NCBI GenBank assembly: GCA_963737965.1
Contig: CAVTUS010000008.1
Coordinates: forward strand, 420,208-484,207
DNA: 64,000 bases
Direction of reading: 5' to 3'
Source: an uncultured Chloroflexia bacterium
GTDB lineage: Bacteria > Chloroflexota > Dehalococcoidia > Tepidiformales > Tepidiformaceae
Position numbers and translations under genes: made by a program. This document shows positions 1 through 10,173 of the stretch, piece by piece (position 1 is the stretch's first letter; every line of letters begins with the position of its first letter). Below the pieces are notes generated by a model. It had not been told where the DNA came from. It searched no databases and saw only the letters and a list, made by a program, of their open reading frames with translations.

Positions 1-103
1 CTTCAAAGATGGCTCTGAGGCGGTTCTCGTCCCGCGGGGGCGGAGGCTCCCCGGGGCGGCCCCGCCACAGCAATCCCACACGGTGACCGGATGTGGCAGT
101 CAT
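1..103 (-). CDS. 5' end of an unidentified gene running off the left edge (partial)
   Basis: Reverse-strand ATG at 103-101 preceded by GAGGA. Reads MTATSGHRVGLLWRGRPGEPPPPRDENRLRAIFE. Too short to assign a family. Confidence 0.35.
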   Translation of the reverse strand, partial: MTATSGHRVGLLWRGRPGEPPPPRDENRLRAIFE

Positions 104-204
104 GGTTCCAGATCCTCAGCGGACGTCGCTTTGTCCGAATTGGCGACGCGATTGTACTGGTGAGCCCGTTTCAGCTGTCACGCCGGGCCAGGGGTGGCCT
201 GTGG

Positions 205-210
205 TAGGCT
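205..210 (+). promoter_or_regulatory. -10-like hexamer TAGGCT (TGgTAGGCT), 9 nt before the GTG start at 220; possible leaderless transcript
   Basis: Seen in sequence. No Shine-Dalgarno fits in the 9-nt gap. Confidence 0.35.
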
Positions 211-219
211 CCGCCCGTC

Positions 220-972
220 GTGGCGGAGCAGCTCCCGGAGGGCATCTATAAGGCGGGGAACGGCCTCCTCAACTTCTACGTTATCGAGGAGGGCGGGAGG
301 CTGACGCTGGTCGATACCGGTCTCCCCGGCGATTGGGGTCGGCTCCATCGCTGGCTGAGGGCCAACGGCCGCGAGGCGCGCGAGATCGAGGCGATCGTCC
401 TCACCCACGCCCACCACGACCACATCGGCGGCGCCTCCCGGGTGCAGCGCGAGAGCGGCGCGCCGGCGAGTCTGCACATCGCCGACCATCGATTCGCGAC
501 GCGACGGGGCTTTGCGTTCGGCGCCGGTGTGCCGGGCAGCGGCATGCCACCGCCGGGGCTCGGGATACCGTTTCTCGTCTTTCGAACAGTGGCGAACCTC
601 GTGGCGGCACATGCCCTGCGGTATGAGCCTCCGACGGACCTCCAAACGTTTGCCGACGGCGATGTACTCGACGTGCCCGGCCGCCCGCGAGTCGTCCATA
701 CGCCGGGGCATACACCCGGGAGCGTCTGTTTCCATCTCCCCGGGAGGGGCGTCCTCTTCAGCGGCGACGCGCTGGTGACGATGAACATGGCCAGCCGGAG
801 GCGGGGACCGGCGGTCTCGATGAGGGCGGTCAATTTCGACGATTGCGTAGCGAACGAATCGCTCGCCCTGATCGAGGCGCTGGCGGCGACGGTCGTGTTG
901 CCCGGACACGGGCGGCCCTACTTCGGCAGTCCGGCGGATGCGGTTGCTGCCGCCCGGGCTGCCCGCGCCTAG
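220..972 (+). CDS. MBL-fold metallo-hydrolase
   Basis: 250-aa ORF with the THAHHDHIGG metal-binding motif and a later PGHTPG motif, both typical of the beta-lactamase fold. Confidence 0.85.
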   Translation: MAEQLPEGIYKAGNGLLNFYVIEEGGRLTLVDTGLPGDWGRLHRWLRANGREAREIEAIVLTHAHHDHIGGASRVQRESGAPASLHIADHRFATRRGFAFGAGVPGSGMPPPGLGIPFLVFRTVANLVAAHALRYEPPTDLQTFADGDVLDVPGRPRVVHTPGHTPGSVCFHLPGRGVLFSGDALVTMNMASRRRGPAVSMRAVNFDDCVANESLALIEALAATVVLPGHGRPYFGSPADAVAAARAARA

Positions 973-1044
973 TTGGTTCCTTCTCGCCTCGACATTCGTC
1001 CTCACGTACAGTCGAAGCTCCCACCATCGCGCGCGAGGAGCCTC

Positions 1045-2360
1045 ATGGACGCCAGCATCGACCTTTCCCGGTACCCCCTCGAGGCCATCGCGACGAAGGT
1101 TGGCACGCCCTTCTACCTCTACGACGGCGCAGATCCTTCGCGAGCGGATGGCGGAAGTGGCGCGAACAGCAGGGCCGGATGGTGGCCGCGAACGGCTGCA
1201 TGCCCGCTATGCGATGAAGGCGAACTCGCTCCGCTACGTCCTCGACATCGCCCGCGAGGCCGGGCTCTGGATCGATGCCGTAAGCGGGAACGAGGTGCAG
1301 CGTGCCAGCCGCGCGGGCTTTGCCGGGGGCCACGAGCCGCCGGTGATCATGTACACCGCCGACGTCTTCCGTGACGACGCCCTGCAGACGGCGGTGGCCG
1401 AAGGAGTGCTGCCCAACGTCGGCTCGCCGGGGATGATCCGGGATCTGCACGAGGCGGGGTACGCCGGGCCGATCGCCCTCCGCGTGAACCCGGGCTTCGG
1501 GCATGGGCATGTGCAGGCCTGCGACACCGGTGGCCCTTCCAGCAAGCATGGCATCTGGCACGAACAGATGGCCGATGCACGCGCCACCGCGAAGAAGGCC
1601 GGCTACCCGGTGGTGGCGCTCCACGCGCATGTCGGCACCGGTCCGCAGATCAGCGAGTTCGACACGAATATGCGGCGGCTCGTCGATGTCTTCGACGCGC
1701 TGCTTGCAAGAATTCCCCGATGCCCGATCGGTGAACCTCGGCGGGGGCATCCCCCACGCCTACAGGCTCGACGCCAGGCACTACAACATGGGCGGCTTCC
1801 GGACCCTGATGCTCGAGGCGGCGACGACCCTCAGCGAGTCGGTAGGGCGCCAGGTCTCCCTCGAAATCGAGCCGGGACGATACCCGGTTGCGGGCTCCTG
1901 CATCCTCGTCGCGCGGGTCACCGACGTGAAGGACACCGGGACGAACGACAAGGGCCCGGGCCAGCGTTTCGTCATGGTTGATGCCGGGTTCAACGACCTC
2001 ATCCGGCCGGCGATGTACGGCTCCTACCACCACATCTCGGTGGTGGCGCCGGGTGGCCGCGTGGACGGGCGGGCCACGGAAGAGGTGGTCGTGGCCGGCC
2101 CCCTTTGCGAGAGTGGCGATGTCTTCACCCGCGACGACCAGGAGTTCCTCGAGCCACGGGCACTGCCATCGCCCCGGCCAGGCGACCTGCTCGTGCTCCA
2201 CGATGCCGGCGCCTATGGCTATGCGATGGCAAGCAACTACGTGAGCATGGGCCGCGCCCCCCAGGTCGCCTTCGACGACGGCAAGGTCACCCTCGTCTCC
2301 CGCCGCGAAACGCTGGACGACATCCTCAAGCTGGAGACGGCAGAGGCGCTGGCGCTCTAG
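1045..2360 (+). pseudogene. lysA: diaminopimelate decarboxylase, interrupted by two frameshifts
   Basis: ATG at 1045 after GAGGAG. Homology runs through three frames: MDASIDLSRYPLEAIATKVGTPFYLYDGA | ILRERMAEV...YAMKANS...HAHVGTG | EFPDARSVNLGGGIPHAY...EPGRY...CESGD. Frame changes lie near 1130 and 1712. Confidence 0.85.
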
Positions 2361-3142
2361 GCTGCCGTCCAGCCTCCGTCGATCGAGAGCAGGGCTCCGG
2401 TGATCGAGGCGGCTTCGTCGCTGGCGAGATAGGCGGCCAGCCCGGCGACCTCGCTCACATCGACGAAGCGCTTGGTCGGCTGGGCGGCGAGGAGGACGTC
2501 GCGGACGACTTCCTCCTCGGTGATGCCGCGGGCCTTCGCTGTGTCGGGGATCTGGCGCTCCACGAGCGGTGTGCGGACGTAGCCTGGGCAGATGGCGTTC
2601 ACCGTGATGTTCTCCTGGGCTACCTCGAGGGCCACGGTCTTCGTGAGCCCGGCGATCCCGTGCTTGGCGGAAACGTAGGCGGACTTGAAGGGGGAGGCGA
2701 CCAGCGCGTGGGCAGAGGCGATGTTGATGATCCGCCCACGGCCCGCCGCCCGCATGAGGGGCACGCAGAGCCGGATCGTATGGAACGCCGCGCTCAGGTT
2801 GATCGCGATGATCTGGTCCCACTTTTCAACGGGAAACTCATCCACAGGCGCCACGTGCTGGATGCCGGCGTTGTTCACAAGGATGTCGACGCCCCCGAAG
2901 ACATCGGTGGCGTGCGCGATCAGGCCCTCGATCTCGTCGACCTTCGTCAGGTCGGCTCCGTTGAACGTGGCCTCCACACCGTAGTCGTCGACGAGAGACT
3001 GGCGGATGTTTTCGATTTCGCCGGGCACGCCGAAACCGTTGAGGACAATGTTGGCGCCGCCCGCGGCGAGTCTCCGGGCGATGCCGAGGCCAATGCCGCT
3101 GGTCGAGCCTGTCACCAGGGCTATCTTCGGGTTGCCGTCCAT
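2357..3142 (-). CDS. bdhA: 3-hydroxybutyrate dehydrogenase (SDR family)
   Basis: 261 aa. ALVTGSTSGIGLGIA...NGFG, NNAGIQH, SAYVSAKHG and a C-terminal DGGWTA closely follow the BdhA pattern. GAGGAGG lies upstream. Confidence 0.85.
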   Translation of the reverse strand: MDGNPKIALVTGSTSGIGLGIARRLAAGGANIVLNGFGVPGEIENIRQSLVDDYGVEATFNGADLTKVDEIEGLIAHATDVFGGVDILVNNAGIQHVAPVDEFPVEKWDQIIAINLSAAFHTIRLCVPLMRAAGRGRIINIASAHALVASPFKSAYVSAKHGIAGLTKTVALEVAQENITVNAICPGYVRTPLVERQIPDTAKARGITEEEVVRDVLLAAQPTKRFVDVSEVAGLAAYLASDEAASITGALLSIDGGWTAA

Positions 3143-3336
3143 GCGATGCCTCCTCGCCGGGATTCGCTATCAGTGTTAGCAACGCACATTTCAGGAGTGT
3201 GAAGCAGGCCGAATGACTGGCGAGGATATCCGCGCGTCATAGATTCGCCATATGGCTCAGCGCCCTACGCTGATGCGCGGCCGGCCCACGTCCGCCCTCT
3301 CGACCCGGAGCGGTCCTGCCGAATGGGGCCGCCTTG

Positions 3337-4212
3337 CTACGTCGTCGCCAGCAAGGCCGCCATCTCCCGTGGCGTGTTTGTCGTGAACAGGTCAACGCCT
3401 GACGCCGCCAACCTCCTCACGTTCGCCTCCATGCCTGTGCGGCTGAGGTCCATCGTCCAGGCGTCCAGCTCGATCCCACGATCGTGACAAGCCTCGGCCC
3501 AGTTCAAGCCGTCCGCGAGGGAGTGCGTTAGCAACCGATGGTGGACGTAGAGAACCTCGATGCCGGGCACGAGGTCGAGGAGCATCTCGCAGCGGAGGCG
3601 GAGGTACTCAGCCACGGGGAGGTCGCGCTCGAAGGCGAGTGGATGGTCGTCGCGGTAGCCGTGGACGCCGGTGTGATAGGGAGGTGGGTCCGTGCCCGGC
3701 GCATCGGGTGGCCACCAGGCCAGGTAGAGGAGTGGGTCGAACCCGAGCGGGAAATCCGGGTCCAGCGCCCGGAACCGGCGCAGCTGCCAGTCGGCCGGCG
3801 AACTCAGGAGGACCCGGTCGCGCAGCGGCTCAACGATGCGCAGCAAGCGCTCGATCGGCTCGTCGTTGCCGTAGGGGAGCTCGTCTTTCAGGTCGAGCTG
3901 GAGCCGGCAGTCTCCCCCGGCGCGCACAAAGGCATCCACGACGTCGGAGAGCAAGGCAATCGGCAGCTCCGTTTCCTGGAACCGAAGCGCTCTCGCGCCC
4001 TTTGCGGCACAGTCGCGCGCCAACCCCACCCCCGTCGTCTGAGAGGCGAGGTCGATGTCGTGGAGCACGATGAAGTCACCGTCGGCCAGGGCAGCGACAT
4101 CGATCTCGATCCACGCGGCGCCGTAGGCAAGGCTCGCCTGCACAGCAGCCAGCGAGTTCTGCGGATGCGCCCCATCGAGGGCGGCGGAGTGATGGACGAT
4201 GGCCGGGCCGTG
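3337..4212 (-). CDS. glycerophosphodiester phosphodiesterase-family protein, 5' end unresolved
   Basis: GDPD-like AIVHHSAALDGAHPQNSLAAVQASLAYGAAWIEIDV...VLHD. The open frame reaches 4212, just below a TGA. The only in-frame start is the GTG at 4143, which lies inside the conserved N-terminal motif, so the true start appears lost or frameshifted. Confidence 0.6.
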   Translation of the reverse strand, partial: HGPAIVHHSAALDGAHPQNSLAAVQASLAYGAAWIEIDVAALADGDFIVLHDIDLASQTTGVGLARDCAAKGARALRFQETELPIALLSDVVDAFVRAGGDCRLQLDLKDELPYGNDEPIERLLRIVEPLRDRVLLSSPADWQLRRFRALDPDFPLGFDPLLYLAWWPPDAPGTDPPPYHTGVHGYRDDHPLAFERDLPVAEYLRLRCEMLLDLVPGIEVLYVHHRLLTHSLADGLNWAEACHDRGIELDAWTMDLSRTGMEANVRRLAASGVDLFTTNTPREMAALLATT

Positions 4213-4215
4213 TCA

Positions 4216-5287
4216 CAGGGGAAACAGTACCAAGCCACGGTGAATGGTCAGCCAGCTTGTGTTGTCGCGGTCGATGAAGAGGTATGGTAAGCAAGCTGTC
4301 TTGTTGTCGAAGAGTGAGGGGTGGATAGAGAAATTCATTGAAGGTGAAGGGGTGAAGGCATCAACGTCGCGGGGGAATTTCATCGGTAAGCGAAGAGCAG
4401 AGGACGGCGCACAGGGAAGCGCGAGCTACGTTGGGCGGGTGCGCTATTTGGGTAGAGCCGGTGCACGTAAAAGCTGACGACGCTAGAGGATGAACTCAGG
4501 CAGGGCGGCGAGGAAGGTCTGGCGGCTGCGAAGCAGAAACCAACGACGTACAGCATGTGAGCAAGGCCTCTCGCAGATATGCCATGGCTGCCTGGAGGTC
4601 TGCATAGAGCCCTCACGGATCACAGCAAGATGTGCTCCATGCAAGGAAAGTGCTCAACAGGGCCGCTGTGAGTGGCGGTTAGTGCAAAGTAGTGAATAGC
4701 GATTGCAGGGTGGCTTGTAGGCGAAGGCGACGGCGAGCGCTTAGTAGAACGGGTGGAGCGAGAGAAAGTAGGGCAACAAGACCAAGGCAGCACTCATGAA
4801 CTAGTTGGGAAGGGAGGAGAAGGAGGGGATGGTTGCTTGATCAAAGAGGTCAGTGAGAAGGCAGAAGCCTACACCTCAGTTCAAGCAGTCAGAAAACAGA
4901 AGGCAGGGAGAAGGGTTTGTGGCACATGATAAGTACTATAGGCATAAGTAGAAGAGAATAGTTGAGGATGAGTGAAGCAGGGGAGGGGAGAGGCAAGGGA
5001 AGTGGAAGGTGGATGGAGAAAGAGGCGGAAGCTACACTAGAATCATATAGGCCGCAGGTGCGCTCCTGCTATGGCTTTCGCCGATGGGGTCAGGCTGTGT
5101 CGCCCGTTGCTAGTACCCGTATGGCTATAATAAGGAAGGCTGGCTCTCAGATGATTAGAGAAGGGCAAAGGATGAAATACAGAAAGAAGTGGGGAAGTGC
5201 AAGAACAAGTAGGCAGATACTTGACAACGTGTGTTACTCTGCACACGAGCGAGCAACAGAGTCAGGAGGTGCCGTGACTGCAAGTGA
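4216..5287. other. purine-skewed, lower-GC, ORF-poor block of unknown nature (candidate long ncRNA or foreign insert)
   Basis: Hand counts of 60-nt lines: 4801-4860 A18 G27 C4 T11; 4981-5040 A20 G30 C5 T5; 4381-4440 A15 G26 C13 T6. The longest ORF is 111 aa. Both neighbouring genes lack starts at its borders. Confidence 0.5.
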
Positions 5288-6650
5288 GCTCTTTTAGAGC
5301 TAGACGCTCTGCGGAGCAGCCTTTAAGGCGTGCTTATTGAACGATCGCACCGAGACTTCGACCAGGTGCGCCAGGTTCTACAACGGCTATATCGACCGAC
5401 CGCGCAGGCACTTATCGCGAGGTGCTTCAACGTCGCCGATGTCGTGGACGCGCTGCGCTATGGTCGGGAGGGCAGGGCTGGAGATCGCAGTCCGCGGCGG
5501 CGGCCACAACGTCGCCGGGCGTGCGGTCGTCGATGCGGGTCTGGTCATCGACTTGAGCCCCATGAAGGGCATTTTCGTCGACGTTGCGAAGCGGACGGCA
5601 CGCGTGCAGGGCGGCGTGACCTGGGGTGAGTTCAACAGGGCCGCACAGCTACACGGCCTCGCGACCACCGGGGGAGTGATCTCAACCACCGGCGTGGCGG
5701 GCCTCACGCTTGGCGGGGGCCTCGGCTACCTGATGAACGTCGAACGGGCTCTCTGTCGACAACCTGTTGTCAGTCGAGCTCGTTACCGCTAACGCCGACG
5801 TGATTTCGGCCAGTGACGATGCAGCACCGGGATCTGTTTTGGGCGCTGCGCGGTGGCGGCGGCAACTTCGGGGTGGCGACTTCCTTCGAGTTTGCGCTGC
5901 ACCCGGTCGGACCCTTGGTGTCGGGCGGCGTTATAGCCTACGCGGTCGAGGCAGCCGGCGAGATGCTCCGGTTTTTCCGCTCATTCACCGGCACCCTTCC
6001 GGACGAGATGGTGATGTTCGCGTCGCTGCTGCATGCTCCGGATGGGTCCGGAGCGAAAATCGCCGCGATGGTCTGCGGGCATTGCGGCACGCCGGAGCAA
6101 GCGGAAGCGGATCTTCGGAGGCTCCGCGAGTTCGGAACGCCGGCCATGGATATGCTGGGGCCGATACCGTATACGGCCCTGAACGAGATGCTCGATGCCG
6201 GCTTCCCGAGGGGTGCGCGTAACTACTGGAAGTCGAGTTTCCTCGCAGGCCTGGGCGACGAGGCCATCGATACGATGGTGAGCCGGTTCGAGAGCTGCTC
6301 CTTCACCGATGACCGGCCTGCTGCTGGAGCACTTCCACGGCGCCGCATCGCGCGTGGCGCCAGACGCGACCGCCTTCCCCCACCGAAGTGACGGATACAA
6401 CTTCCTGGCTGCGTCCGAATGGCTCGAACCCGGCGAGGACGACGCGAATATCGCCTGGGCCCGCGAGACATACGAGGCGATGACGCCGTTCTTCAGTTCA
6501 GGGGGCTACATCAATTACCTGGACGACGATGAATCTGCAGACCGCGTTGCGAGATCGTATGGGCCGAACTACGCTCGCCTGCAACAGGTAAAAGCCGAGT
6601 ACGACCCGGACAATGTCTTCCACCTGAACCAGAACATCCGGCCAGCGTAG
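5288..6650 (+). pseudogene. FAD-linked oxidase (BBE/PCMH-type), heavily degraded
   Basis: Homology can be followed as LDALRSSL*GVLIERSHRDFDQVRQV | YNGYIDR | PTAQALIARCFNVADVVDALRYGREG | GLEIAVRGGGHNVAG...GGLGYLM | LSVDNLLSVELVTANADVISAS | HRDLFWALRGGGGNFGV... | MTGLLLEHFHGAASRV...YINY...NVFHLNQNI. There is no start codon, an in-frame TAA at 5324-5326, and at least six frame changes. Confidence 0.85.
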
Positions 6651-6660
6651 CCCAGCGTCG

Positions 6661-7465
6661 CTACCCGTAGCTCACCGCAAGGCCCGCCCGCGCGTCTGAC
6701 TGGATGCCGTACTGGGGGATCGGGTAGCGGAGGCCGTTGGCCGCTGAGCCGCTTCATCCCGGCGATGGCTTGCGGCAGGTACTTCGGTGGCATGGCCATG
6801 AGCAGTTCGTCGTCGAGCACGCCGCCGTAGCGTCGTTCGGCGAAGCAGGGGATAGCGAGGCTGGGTTCGCTCTTCAGCAGCGCCCGCCCCCACGAGTCGG
6901 CGCAGGCCGATTCGCCGACGACGCTCCACTCGAACTTGCGGTAGCCCGACCACTGGAGGCCGTTGATGAGGATCATCATCTGCCCCGGCGTGGCGTAGAT
7001 CAGGCAGATGTCGGGCGGGTCGAGGCGGCCGCTGGCGAGCGGCGAAACCGCCATCGCCGTGTAGTTGCCGAAAGGCACGACGTCCATCGCCGCCTGGTGT
7101 GCGGCGCGAGTCCTCGGGCGTCTCATACCAGACACCGGCCATGTTCTTGCCGCACAGCCACTGCTCGTCGCGCGGGTGAAGGCCGATGACCGCGCCACAC
7201 TGCGCGCCCGACGAGGTCGTCGTTGGTGATGCCGACGGTCCAGCCGAGCCGGCAGGCCTGGGCGACGATCTGGTCGGTGGTGTGGATGGCCTGTCGGGCG
7301 GCGAATCTTCGGGATCGCCTCCATCTCCGCCACCGTCGCGAACATCTTCATGCCGATCGGGTGTCGTCTTCAGGCGAAGGAGCGTGTTGAGGTCGTCGAC
7401 GAGCTTCGGCCAGTCGAAGGACTCCGGGTCCTCCACTTCAATCTCGGCGGGTTCGATGAGGGACA
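6661..7465 (-). pseudogene. DUF169-family protein, about five frameshifts
   Basis: MSLIEPAEIEVEDPESFDWPKLVDDLNTLLRLKTTP | IGMKMFATVAEMEAIPKIRRP | AIHTTDQIVAQACRLGWTVGITNDDLV | GAQCGAVIGLHPRDEQWLCGKNMAGVWYETPEDS | AAHQAAMDVVPFGNY...MMILINGLQWSGY...CFAERRYGG... | NGLRYPIPQYGIQSDARAGLAVSYG*. Confidence 0.75.
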
Positions 7466-7495
7466 TACTGCGCCTCCAGGCAAGGTGCAGCCAAG

Positions 7496-8172
7496 CTACG
7501 CGGCGGCTGGCAGCCCCACAAGCGGCTCCGGCCGGTCGCCCGCCATCAGGTAGCCACCAAACAGCACCAGCCAGAGGATCACCGGGTAGGCGACCCAGCG
7601 CTCGACGCCACCGTCGCCAAACCTGTCGAAGAGCGCCGTCCCGGATCCGACGACGGCAAAGACGAGCACACCCAGCGTCGTCGCGCCAAGCACCATCGAG
7701 GCCCAACCTGAGATGCGCGCCTGCACCTTCGCTGAGAGGATCGCGCCGACACCCCCGAGGTGAAGGCGAGGAGGGCGAAGATGCCATGCATCGGTGCCCG
7801 GTTACCTGGGAAAATCCCGACACCGAACACCGCGATGCCAATCACGAGGACTGAGATCCAGGTCCGCTTTCCGAACCTGGCTCGCCGGAGACCAACGGCA
7901 GCGGCGATGATCAGGGCGCCGCTGAGGATCATGGTTGCATTGAAGATGCGGGCCGACGGCTGCCGAATGATGCTGTTGGGCGGCGTGGTGGCGCCGAGGT
8001 CGCTGATCTCGTTGTCGTGGGTCGTGTAGGTGGCAGGGTAGAGAGCTTCGGCGGTGATGATCCCCATGAGAATCACCACGCCGGCAGTCGCAAGAGCGAG
8101 GCCGGAAAGCACCGGGGCGCGCATGTTCGCGACGCGTGAGCCGGTGTTGGGCGCGGGTTTCGTGGTTTCCAT
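7496..8172 (-). pseudogene. DUF998-like integral membrane protein, one frameshift near 7740
   Basis: METTKPAPNTGS... is followed by multiple hydrophobic helices. The reading continues in ORF 7496-7726 (ISGWASMVLGATTLGVLVFAVV...). Confidence 0.6.
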
Positions 8173-8321
8173 CGCTGCATGGTCGATCACGCGGCCCTGG
8201 CTGCCCGCGGCCGGTTGGGTACCGGGGTATGTGCCCCCACGGCCGTATTTGCGCCGCCCGCTGACCGATCGCTGACGCCAGGAGAGCCAGGCAGGCATCG
8301 ATAGCCGCGAACCATGGCTGC

Positions 8322-9611
8322 ATGAGCCTCCGCTCGTACCAGCGTCCCGTGCTGGTAGATATCCACCGCGGCATGGTCCGCGACCTCGGCGGAACCTACA
8401 CCGTCATGTTTCCGCGCCAGGCGGGGAAGAACGAGATCGCGGGCTTGCTCGTCGCCGGACTGCTCGTGGCCCATTCCCGTGCCGGCGGGACAATCGTCGT
8501 GTCGGCGCCGACGTTTGCGCCGCAGGCGCTCATCTCCCTTCAGCGGGCCATGGACATCTTTGGCCGCATGGCGAACGTCGCCGGGCAGTTCCGGACGGAA
8601 CGAAACAGCATCAGGTACGGGCGGGCGCGGGCCACCTATCTCGGGGCGAACCCGGAGGCGAACGTGGCCGGTCACACGGCCTCCATCGCCATCATCGCGG
8701 ACGAGGCCCAGGACATCGAGGCGGACTGGTTCGACCGCCAGTTCCGGCCGATGGCAGCCTCGACCGGCGCCCCAACGGTGATGTTTGGGACGGCGTGGAA
8801 CGGCCAGACGATGATCGAGAGGGCGGTGGCGGCGAACAAGCACACGGCGCCGTGGCGCAACTACCGCGTGACATGGCGAGAGGTCGCGGGAGAACTCCAA
8901 GCGTACAGCAAGTACGTCCTCGCTGAGCGCGAACGTCTCGGGGCGAGCCACCATCTCTTTCGCACCCAGTACGAGCTGCTTCCCGGGCAGCCGAGGGGCT
9001 CGCTGTTCACGGCCCACCAGCTCGCCCGGCTCCCGGGCGAGCATCCACGGCTCTTCGGCCCTCTGCCGGGCGAACGGTATGTCGGCGGGCTCGATGTCGG
9101 TGGGTCAGGCCAGCAGGCCGACGCGACCGTGCTGACGATCGGGCGGGTCATGGGCCGCCGGCTGGAGGTGGTCGAGCACGTGGCCTGGCAGGGCGCCCCA
9201 TTCGGCCTGCTCGAGGTGGACCTTCGCGATCTCCAGTCGCGCTGGCGGTTGCAACGCATTGCCGTCGATGCGACCGGCCTCGGAAGTGGGCTCTTCGACC
9301 AGCTCAAGGAGGCCGGGCTCCCGGTACACGACTTCAAGTTTTCGCGGGGGAGCAAGTCCGAGCTGGGAAGTGCGCTCATCGCCGCCGTGGAGACGGGGAG
9401 GCTTGCCCTCTACGCCGATGACAGCTCGGTCGAGTACGGCGCCTGCCTGCAGGAACTGCGCGAGTGCGGTCTCGAAATGGTCGCCGGCGGCTGGCTTTCG
9501 TGGGGCAACAGCAGCGGCCACGACGACTACGTGGCGAGTCTGGCGCTCTGCCTGCATGCCGCACGGACTCTGCCGGCGTCGCGCGTGGCGGTGGGCCGTC
9601 GCCGTACGTAG
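8322..9611 (+). CDS. phage terminase large subunit-like protein (orphan, intact)
   Basis: 429 aa. Walker A-like FPRQAGKNE, Walker B-like IAIIADEAQD, and C-terminal RNaseH-like nuclease motifs GLDVGG...DATVLTI, AVDATGLG and GHDDYVASLAL. No other phage genes lie nearby. Confidence 0.75.
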   Translation: MSLRSYQRPVLVDIHRGMVRDLGGTYTVMFPRQAGKNEIAGLLVAGLLVAHSRAGGTIVVSAPTFAPQALISLQRAMDIFGRMANVAGQFRTERNSIRYGRARATYLGANPEANVAGHTASIAIIADEAQDIEADWFDRQFRPMAASTGAPTVMFGTAWNGQTMIERAVAANKHTAPWRNYRVTWREVAGELQAYSKYVLAERERLGASHHLFRTQYELLPGQPRGSLFTAHQLARLPGEHPRLFGPLPGERYVGGLDVGGSGQQADATVLTIGRVMGRRLEVVEHVAWQGAPFGLLEVDLRDLQSRWRLQRIAVDATGLGSGLFDQLKEAGLPVHDFKFSRGSKSELGSALIAAVETGRLALYADDSSVEYGACLQELRECGLEMVAGGWLSWGNSSGHDDYVASLALCLHAARTLPASRVAVGRRRT

Positions 9612-9619
9612 GGCCGACC

Positions 9620-10057
9620 TCAGGCGACGACTTCGAGCGAGTCGTGGATCTCGGGTACGGCCATCAGGGTCTTGTGGACGGGGCACTTGCTGGCGACGCG
9701 GAGGAGGTCCTGCTGCTGTTCCTCGTCGAGGTCGCCGCGGAGGACGATGCGGCGATGGAAGTGCTGGACGTAGCCTTCGTGCTCATTTTCGCAGTCCGTG
9801 CAGTCCTCGGCGTGAATACGCTCGTGCTCGACCTGCACCGCCACCTCCTCGAGCGGGTATCCCTTCTTGCGCGCGTACAGCTGGATCGTCATGGCCGTGC
9901 AGGCGCCCAGCGCCCAGGTGAGGAGGACGTAGGGCGTGGGCCCGAGGTCATCGCCACCTTCGTCTTCCGGTTCGTCCGCAACGAGGGAGACGCCGGGCGC
10001 CGTCAGGAGCTGGGCGAAGTCGTAGTCGGCGAGCGACTGGGCGATAACGGTGATCAT
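9620..10057 (-). CDS. OsmC/Ohr-family protein
   Basis: GPTPYVLLTWALGACTAMT...ASKCPVHKTL pattern. ATG at 10057 is preceded by GGAGG. Confidence 0.75.
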   Translation of the reverse strand: MITVIAQSLADYDFAQLLTAPGVSLVADEPEDEGGDDLGPTPYVLLTWALGACTAMTIQLYARKKGYPLEEVAVQVEHERIHAEDCTDCENEHEGYVQHFHRRIVLRGDLDEEQQQDLLRVASKCPVHKTLMAVPEIHDSLEVVA

Positions 10058-10159
10058 GGCGCCTCCGGCGAGGGAAACTAGGTGCACCCCCAGCCAACGG
10101 TAGCCGGTTGGGGAGAAGCGTGGGAAGGGCGCCGGCGCTCCACCAACCGCCGAAATGGG

Positions 10160-10165
10160 TAGAAT
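10160..10165 (+). promoter_or_regulatory. -10-like TAGAAT, 8 nt before the nudC ATG (leaderless-type)
   Basis: ggTAGAATcggacgccATG. The same gTAGAATc string recurs at 21419-21424 (reverse), 29480-29485 and 53752-53757. Confidence 0.4.
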
Positions 10166-10173
10166 CGGACGCC

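Noticed and set aside
4962-5297. 111-aa ORF (MRMSEAGEGRGKGSGRWMEKEAEA...) inside the purine-rich block.
   Set aside because: The Lys/Arg/Glu/Gly richness follows directly from the purine bias. No motif, SD or promoter was recognised, and neighbouring frames are full of stops. It is kept only as a note within the finding on the block.
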